Both the position numbers and the translations under genes were made by a program. A DNA stretch of 64,000 nt from Candidatus Marinacidobacterium sp. (GTDB taxonomy: Bacteria > Acidobacteriota > Vicinamibacteria > Marinacidobacterales > Marinacidobacteraceae). Positions 58,162 to 64,000 of this stretch are shown here, one piece after another (the first letter of the stretch is position 1; each line of letters opens with the position of its first letter). Below the pieces are notes generated by a model. It made no database searches. It was not told the DNA's origin and saw only the letters and a program-made list of their open reading frames with translations. Location: assembly GCA_965204755.1 (NCBI GenBank), contig OZ242011.1:512001-576000 (forward strand), given 5' to 3'.

Positions 58162-59930
58162 CCCCCGAAGGCGCGGCCGGTCCCCCCGGCGCGGCCGGCC
58201 GCCGGGGGGCCGGCGGCGGCTGCGCCACCGCCTTCGGGCTGGCGCTGATCCTCTTCGGCGGGTTCGCGCTGTGGGTGAACCTGGCGGGGGCGGACGCGCT
58301 GGTCGTCCTCCTGTCGCTCGCCCCGCTCCTCGCGGTGTGGTGGCCGGCGGCGCTGGTGCTCTGGGGGATCGGGAAGGTCGTCCAGCGGCTGGCCACCGGG
58401 CGGAGCCGGATGGGCGCGGGCGAGGTCGTCCTCCTGCTGCTCGTGGTGTTCCTCGGGCTGGCGCTGACCGGGGGACGGCGCCTGCTGGAGGGCCTGGGGC
58501 TGGAAGCGCGGTTCGGCGAAGTGCGGCACTGGGTCGCCGAGCAGGCGGAGCCGCTGCCCCAGCACGCCTTCGTCCGCGAACTCCGGGTGGCCCTGCCGGC
58601 GGAGGGGCCGGCGACGCTCGAGATCGAGTTGCCGGCGGGCGGGGTGATCGTGGAGGCGGTCCCGGCGCCGCCGGGCGGGGCGGAGGCGACCGCCGAAGGC
58701 GCGGGCGCGGCGGAGGCGACTGCCGAAGGCGGGGGCGCGGCGCGGCCGCGGGAGGCGGCGGTGCGGCTGGGGATCCGGGTGCGGGCCGCCGACCGGGCGC
58801 GGGCGGAGGCGCGGGCGGAGCGGATCCGGTTGGTGGAGACCCGGCCCGGCGGTCACCGGGACAGTGACCGGGACGGGGACCGCGGTGGGGACCAAGGCGT
58901 TGTCCGGATCGGGATCGAGGACGAGGGCGGGACCGAAGCCGCCTTCGACCTGACCGTGGAGGCGCCTCCCGGGATCGGGGTGTCGGCGGCCACCGACCGG
59001 GGGGCGGTGCGCATCCGGGGGGCGTTCGCCCGCGTCTCCGCCGAGACCGGCGGCGGGCCGGTGGCCGTCGAAGGGGCTCGGGCCGAAGTGTCCATCGTGG
59101 GGCGGGACGGGCCGGTGCGGGCGGAAGGGCTCGGCGGCGCGTTGACCGTCCGCGCCCGGCGGGCGCCGCTGACCGTGGAGGGGGTCGCCGGGGCGGTCTC
59201 GGTGGAGTCGTCGCGGGCGCCGATGTGGATCTCCTCGGTGGCCGGGCCGGTGACCGTCCGGGCGGACGGGGGGGCGGTGGAAGTCTCCGGGGCCGGGGGG
59301 GCGGTGGAGGTGGACGCGCGGCTCGCGCCGGTGTCGCTGGTCGGGGTGGAGGGCCGGGCGGAAGTGAGCGTGGAATACGGCGGGGTGTTCGCGGTCGGGG
59401 TGGCCGGGGCGCTGGATGTCCGGGCGGAGTCGGGCCGGGTGGAGGCGCGGGGGATCGGCGGCGGCGCGCGGATCACCGCGGGGGCGAAGCCGGTGCTGCT
59501 CGCGGACGCCGCCGGCGAGGTCTTCGTGCAGAGCGCGGGGGAGGCGGACCTGGATGTGCGGCTCGCGGGCGTGTCGGCGACAGGCGGGGCGACGGGCGGG
59601 TCGGCGACCGGCGAGTCGGCGACGGGCGAGCCCGCGTTCGGCGGGCCGGCGTTCGGCGGGCCGGTGACGCTGACGACCGGGGGCGGCGATGTCTGGCTGG
59701 AGTTGCCCCCGGCGGGGGCCTTCGCGCTGAGCGCGGAGGTGGCGGGCGCGGTCGGCGCGGGGGAGGTGGAGAGCGACGAGGCGCTCGGCGAGGTATCGCG
59801 GGTCGGGGAAGGCGGCGCGGCTCGGTGGACCGGGTTGCTCGGGACGGGGGGAGCGGGGGATCCGGCGCCGGTGTCCGTGCGCACCGGCGGGGGCGATTTC
59901 ACGATCCGCGCGGCGGGCCCGGAGCGATGA
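58158..59930 (+). CDS. Membrane-anchored DUF4097 (beta-strand repeat) protein
   Basis: GTG overlaps the previous stop. N-terminal TMs (WWPAALVLWG), repeated G.V.V.G..G.V.V strands, C-terminal VSVRTGGGDFTIR. Confidence 0.75.
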   Translation: MTPEGAAGPPGAAGRRGAGGGCATAFGLALILFGGFALWVNLAGADALVVLLSLAPLLAVWWPAALVLWGIGKVVQRLATGRSRMGAGEVVLLLLVVFLGLALTGGRRLLEGLGLEARFGEVRHWVAEQAEPLPQHAFVRELRVALPAEGPATLEIELPAGGVIVEAVPAPPGGAEATAEGAGAAEATAEGGGAARPREAAVRLGIRVRAADRARAEARAERIRLVETRPGGHRDSDRDGDRGGDQGVVRIGIEDEGGTEAAFDLTVEAPPGIGVSAATDRGAVRIRGAFARVSAETGGGPVAVEGARAEVSIVGRDGPVRAEGLGGALTVRARRAPLTVEGVAGAVSVESSRAPMWISSVAGPVTVRADGGAVEVSGAGGAVEVDARLAPVSLVGVEGRAEVSVEYGGVFAVGVAGALDVRAESGRVEARGIGGGARITAGAKPVLLADAAGEVFVQSAGEADLDVRLAGVSATGGATGGSATGESATGEPAFGGPAFGGPVTLTTGGGDVWLELPPAGAFALSAEVAGAVGAGEVESDEALGEVSRVGEGGAARWTGLLGTGGAGDPAPVSVRTGGGDFTIRAAGPER

Positions 59931-60961
59931 ACGGCGGCGGTCGGGTCGGCCGGCGGGTGGGCCGGCGGGTCGGTCGGGGAATCGGTCGGGTCGGCCTTCG
60001 GCCCGCCGGGGGCGTCCGCGCGGCGCGGTTCGCCGGGGCGGCGGCAGTCCCGGCGGGAGTCCCGGCGGGAGTCACTGCGGGAGTCTTGGCCGCCGCGCTG
60101 GCGCTCGGGAGTTGCGGCTCGCGGGTCGAGGAGGAGTCGCGGGAGACCCTGCGCGAGACCGGCGCGTCGGCGCTGTCGGTGGAGTTGGACCGGGGGACGG
60201 TGGAAGTCGCCGGACACGCCGGGAGCGAAGTGGAGATCGAGGTCCACCGCGCCGCCCAGGGCTGGTCGCGGGAAGCGGCGCGTTCGTCGCTCGACGCGAT
60301 GCTGGTGGAAACGCGCCTCGACCCGGCGACCGGCGAGTTGACCGTCCGGGGCCGGACGGCGAACGCCGGGCTCTACCGGCCGGGCGAATCGCGGTCGCTC
60401 CGGCTGGAGGTCCGGGCGCCGGCCGGCCTCCCGCTGGAAGTGCGCACCGGCGACGGGCGGATCGAACTCGAAGGGCTGAGCGGGGCGGTCCGCGCCATGA
60501 CCGCCGACGGGCGGATCCGGGCGTCGAGCCTCGGCGCGGGCGGGGACGGCCCCCCGGCGCGGCTGCGCACCGGGAGCGGGCGCATCACCGCGGACGACCT
60601 CGAAGGCGCGGTGGTCGCCGAGACCGGGCGGGGGCGGATCCGGATCGAGGGCCGGCTGACGGAAGTTACGGCGGTCTCCGGTTCCGGCAACATCGTGGTG
60701 GAGGCGACCGGGGCCGGGTCGGCGCCGCGCGGGGTCTGGCGGCTCCGCGCCGGGGACGGCGATGTCCGGCTGCTCCTGCCGGAGGCGGCGTCGGCCTCGC
60801 TCTCGGTGGTCGCCGACCGCTGGACGACCGGGGAACGCAACACCCTCGCCTGGCGCCGCCGGGGCATCGCGCGGGTGGCGGAACTCGGGGACGGCGCCGG
60901 CGCCCGGATCCTGGTCCGCGCCGACGACGAGGCCGAAGTCTCCGTCGGCCCCCGCCGCTGA
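59927..60961 (+). CDS. DUF4097-family lipoprotein
   Basis: ATGA overlap; lipobox LALGSC; repeats TGDGRI, TADGRI, TGSGRI, SGSGNI. Confidence 0.75.
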   Translation: MNGGGRVGRRVGRRVGRGIGRVGLRPAGGVRAARFAGAAAVPAGVPAGVTAGVLAAALALGSCGSRVEEESRETLRETGASALSVELDRGTVEVAGHAGSEVEIEVHRAAQGWSREAARSSLDAMLVETRLDPATGELTVRGRTANAGLYRPGESRSLRLEVRAPAGLPLEVRTGDGRIELEGLSGAVRAMTADGRIRASSLGAGGDGPPARLRTGSGRITADDLEGAVVAETGRGRIRIEGRLTEVTAVSGSGNIVVEATGAGSAPRGVWRLRAGDGDVRLLLPEAASASLSVVADRWTTGERNTLAWRRRGIARVAELGDGAGARILVRADDEAEVSVGPRR

Positions 60962-61179
60962 CCCGCGCCCGCCGTAACGTGGCGCCGGCGAGCGCTTCAG
61001 AACGGCAACGACAGCCGGCGCCGCTGAGCGCTGCGCTCTTCATCGACGCCATTACCATCCTCCCGCTCGTCTCCGATTGCACCGCCCACGCCTCGGTCAC
61101 CGTATTCACACCGGCGCCGGCCGCCAGATTCCCGAATACCGCCAACGCTGCTTCGCCCGTGGCTTCCCACGCGCCGGCG

Positions 61180-62265
61180 ATGCCGGGAGCCGAAGACAGC
61201 GGCGAATCCACCGGAAGACGCGCAGCCCCGATGGGACGCTTGGCTGCCTCGAAACGACGCCGAACCCTCGTCGTTATCGCCATCCTGCTCGGCCCGATCG
61301 GGTGGGCAGCCTTGGCCATCATCCACTACCGGGAGCCCATCAGGGCTTTCTCCAAAAACGCTTGGCGCGCACTCGCAGACGCTGCCCGGTCGGCATTCGC
61401 CTTGTCGGGTCGAACCCCCTCGCCAGCGCCGGAATCACCGACTTCGTCGCCCACCGCTTGGGCGGACAGTTCCCCGGAACCGAGACCGCCCCGTGCTTCC
61501 GCGCCACAGCCAAAGGGCGCTTCACCGCCGTCCCCGACCCCCAAACCGGAGGACGAACACCTCCGGCGCTCCGGTGCCCCGCTCCCGAGCACGGCCCGCA
61601 CGGAGGCCCCGGAGTACACCGTCGCCAAAGCCATGGATCTCGACCTCCTCGACGACATCGAGGCGGCGCTCGCTCGGGCCCTCGCCGAGGGAACGACCGT
61701 CTCACAGTTCCAGAAGGACCTCGCTCCACTTCTCCAGCGGAAAGGCTGGTGGGGACAGAAGGAAGTGGTCGATCCGCGAACGGGCAGGCGGGTCACTGTC
61801 CAACTGGGCAACCCCGACCTTCTCCGCGCCATCTACCGGTCCAACATCCGCGCCGCCCGCACCGCGGGCGTTTGGGAGCGCGCCCAGCGCACCAAGGGGT
61901 CCCTCCCCTTCTTCCTCTACGAACTCGGACCGAGCAGACAACCGAGAAAAGAGCACAAAGCCTGGGCGGGCACGATGCTGCCGGTGGACGATCCGTGGTG
62001 GGACGACCACTTCCCGCCGAACGGCTGGGGCTGCAAGTGCAGGGTCCGCCAAATCAGCAAGCGCGAAGCCCAACGGCGGGGCGGCCCAACGACACGCCCC
62101 GCCCGGAAGCCGACGGAGTGGCTGGACCGCCGAACCGGAAGCGTCGTGATCGTGGACGCAGGTCTCGACCCCGCTTGGGCATCGAACACCGGAAAGACCG
62201 GGCGCCGGTTCTTCGGGTTCCTCGCTCATCATGAGCGGTTGACTTGGCAAATCGTTGAAAAATAA
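61180..62265 (+). CDS. Phage Mu F-like (minor head/MuF) domain protein with an N-terminal TM helix and Pro-rich linker (start uncertain)
   Basis: TVAKAMDLDLL.DI...GTT...F..DL.P.LQ.KGWWG...QLG....L..IY.SN...AG.WER...R.EH..W.G..LPVDDPWW..HFPPNGWGCKCRV; TM LVVIAILLGPIGWAALAII. Confidence 0.8.
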   Translation: MPGAEDSGESTGRRAAPMGRLAASKRRRTLVVIAILLGPIGWAALAIIHYREPIRAFSKNAWRALADAARSAFALSGRTPSPAPESPTSSPTAWADSSPEPRPPRASAPQPKGASPPSPTPKPEDEHLRRSGAPLPSTARTEAPEYTVAKAMDLDLLDDIEAALARALAEGTTVSQFQKDLAPLLQRKGWWGQKEVVDPRTGRRVTVQLGNPDLLRAIYRSNIRAARTAGVWERAQRTKGSLPFFLYELGPSRQPRKEHKAWAGTMLPVDDPWWDDHFPPNGWGCKCRVRQISKREAQRRGGPTTRPARKPTEWLDRRTGSVVIVDAGLDPAWASNTGKTGRRFFGFLAHHERLTWQIVEK

Positions 62266-62382
62266 GCCCATCGCATCCCGCGCTACGCCGGCGCGACTCG
62301 AAACGGCCCCGATCCGCCGGATCGCCAAAGAAGAGACGAGGTGGCGAGTCTCATTGCAAAGCAGAGTCATGTCGTTAGCATA

Positions 62383-62410
62383 TTGATAAATATTTACACA
62401 TTGTTATAAT
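62383..62410 (+). promoter_or_regulatory. Sigma70-type promoter TTGATA-N16-TATAAT with an internal palindrome TAAATATTTA (62387-62396)
   Basis: The most AT-rich patch seen in the window, with near-consensus boxes 9 nt upstream of the TTG at 62420. Confidence 0.75.
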
Positions 62411-62419
62411 GCCGACATC

Positions 62420-63109
62420 TTGCGCCTCTCCGAACTCGCCTCCGTCTCGCCGGGAATGGCCCGGTCGGGGCGGGGCGCCGGCGCCCGTCCGGGAGACTGG
62501 ATGCTGTCCCTCGTGGAGAGCCGGAACCTGCGGGGCGGCCGGCTCGATCTGGACGGCCTGCGCCGGGTGGGCGTCGTCCGGAACGCCTGGAGCGAGCGGC
62601 ACCTGCTGCGTCCCCACGATGTGCTGGTCACGGCGCGCGCCGAGTCCGTCCGGGTCGCGCTGACCCCGCCCGGCGTCTCCCGGACGGCGGCGGGGGCGAC
62701 GGTGCTCGTCGTCCGCGCCGGGGATCCGGGGTCGGGCCTCGCCCACTGGCTCCGGCTCTACCTCGGCTCCGGCGTGGGCCGGGCGCGGATCCTCCGGCGG
62801 ATGACCACCGGCGTCGCGACCCCGCTGCTCACCGCCGCCGCGCTGGGCGAGGTGGAAACGCCCGTCCCGTCGGCGCGGCGCCTCCGTACCATTCCCGCCC
62901 TCGTGGAGACCCTGGAAGCGGCGCGGGAGGCGGAGGTTCGGGCGAGCCTCGGCCGGGAGGCGCTGGTGGACGCGCTGGTCGCCGACCTCGGCGGCCCCGA
63001 CCGGAGGGACCCCGGCGCCGCCGGACGGGGCTCGGCTCTCGGGAAGCGGGAGTCGGGCGCCGCCGACCGGGTGGATTCCCCCGCCTGGGCGGCGCGGGGG
63101 ATGGACTGA
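62420..63109 (+). CDS. Half-size HsdS-like (single target-recognition-domain) protein
   Basis: RLSELASVSPG...HLLRPHDVLVTAR...WLRLYLGSGVG...LGEVETPVPS followed by a helix; directly upstream of hsdM. Confidence 0.6.
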   Translation: MRLSELASVSPGMARSGRGAGARPGDWMLSLVESRNLRGGRLDLDGLRRVGVVRNAWSERHLLRPHDVLVTARAESVRVALTPPGVSRTAAGATVLVVRAGDPGSGLAHWLRLYLGSGVGRARILRRMTTGVATPLLTAAALGEVETPVPSARRLRTIPALVETLEAAREAEVRASLGREALVDALVADLGGPDRRDPGAAGRGSALGKRESGAADRVDSPAWAARGMD

Positions 63110-63116
63110 GTCCGCC

Positions 63117-64000
63117 ATGCCGCTGAGCCAGAAGGAACTCGAGCAGAAACTCTGGCAGGCCGCCGACCTGCTCCGCGGGCAGATCGACGCCGCCGACTAC
63201 AAGAACTACATCTTCTCCATCCTCTACCTGAAGCGGCTGTCGGACCGCTTCGCGGAGGAAGTCGAGGAAGCGGTCCACGGCCCGGACCGCGTCCCGCGGG
63301 AGGCGGCGCTCTCCGACGCGGACGAGCACGAGTTCTTCGTCCCCGAAGAAGCCCGCTGGCCGGCGCTCACCGCGCCCGGCATGGCCCTCGGCGAGCGGCT
63401 GAACATGGCGAGCCACGCCGTCGAAGACGCGAACGACCGCCTCGAAGGCGTCCTCACCACGACGAATTGGAACGACGAGTCCAAACTCGGCAGCCCGGCC
63501 AACCGCGAACGCATCCTCCGCAGTCTGCTCGACCACTTCGGCGCGCTCGACCTGAGCGACCGGAACCTGGTCGGCGACGACGGCGCCGGCGCCGGGAATG
63601 TGCTCGGCGACGCCTACGAATACCTGATCCACCAGTTCGCCGACGACGCCGGCAAGAAAGGCGGCGAGTTCTACACGCCGCGTTCGGTCGTCCGCCTGAT
63701 CGTGGAGTTGCTGCGCCCGGAAGAGGGAATGCGCATCTGCGACCCCACCGCGGGGTCCGGCGGGATGCTCATCTTCACCGCGCAACATGTCGCGGAGCGG
63801 GGCGGCAATGTCGAGAACCTGACGCTCCACGGCCAGGAACGAAACCTCGGGACGCTCGCCGCCGGGAAACTCAACCTGCTGCTGCACGGGCTCCGCGCCG
63901 CGCGGCTCGAAGCCGGGGATGTGATCGCCGAACCGGGCCTGGTGGACCGGGAGGGCCGCCTGTTCGCCTACGACCGGGTGATCGCCAATCCCCCGTTCAG
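63117..64000 (+). CDS. hsdM: Type I restriction-modification methyltransferase subunit M (3' end outside the window)
   Basis: MPLSQKELEQKLWQAADLLRGQIDAADYKNYIF...LGDAYEYLI...GGEFYTPRSVV...ICDPTAGSGGML...GQE...VIANPPF. Confidence 0.95.
   Translation, partial: MPLSQKELEQKLWQAADLLRGQIDAADYKNYIFSILYLKRLSDRFAEEVEEAVHGPDRVPREAALSDADEHEFFVPEEARWPALTAPGMALGERLNMASHAVEDANDRLEGVLTTTNWNDESKLGSPANRERILRSLLDHFGALDLSDRNLVGDDGAGAGNVLGDAYEYLIHQFADDAGKKGGEFYTPRSVVRLIVELLRPEEGMRICDPTAGSGGMLIFTAQHVAERGGNVENLTLHGQERNLGTLAAGKLNLLLHGLRAARLEAGDVIAEPGLVDREGRLFAYDRVIANPPF

Noticed and set aside
61180-62265. Prophage
   Set aside because: Only one phage-like domain is present, with no terminase, portal, capsid or integrase nearby in the window.

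Overview
High-GC bacterial window (about 72% by eye). The gene set is suggestive of an Acidobacteriota-like, possibly host-associated organism, but this is weak inference. (1) Bases 1-27.5 kb hold the 5' part of one giant minus-strand surface protein (>9,000 aa, about 70 Ig-like repeats of about 129 aa). It runs off the window, so the ORF track omits it. Its 5' end carries a duplicated module with two long poly-C tracts (C23 and C32), and C23 currently throws the upstream ATG out of frame. (2) Bases 27.7-54.2 kb hold 13 STAND-like P-loop NTPase genes in three tandem arrays: five ATPase+PD-(D/E)xK nuclease genes (A), five ATPase-only genes (B) and three more ATPase+nuclease genes (C). The copies are recombinational mosaics with hypervariable segments. 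Each has its own candidate -10 box just upstream of the start, and each array contains one member with a substituted catalytic lysine. Arrays A and B lie within and beside the pgpA-cinA-thpR operon. (3) Bases 54.3-61 kb hold ftcD, nrdR and an ECF sigma/anti-sigma/DUF5668/DUF4097 envelope-stress-type operon. (4) Bases 61-64 kb hold an orphan membrane-anchored MuF-domain gene, a half-size HsdS-like gene and the start of hsdM. ACGT and AGCT look strongly depleted and GTSAC partly depleted, each in favour of its C-to-T product. All calls were made by eye with no searches run.
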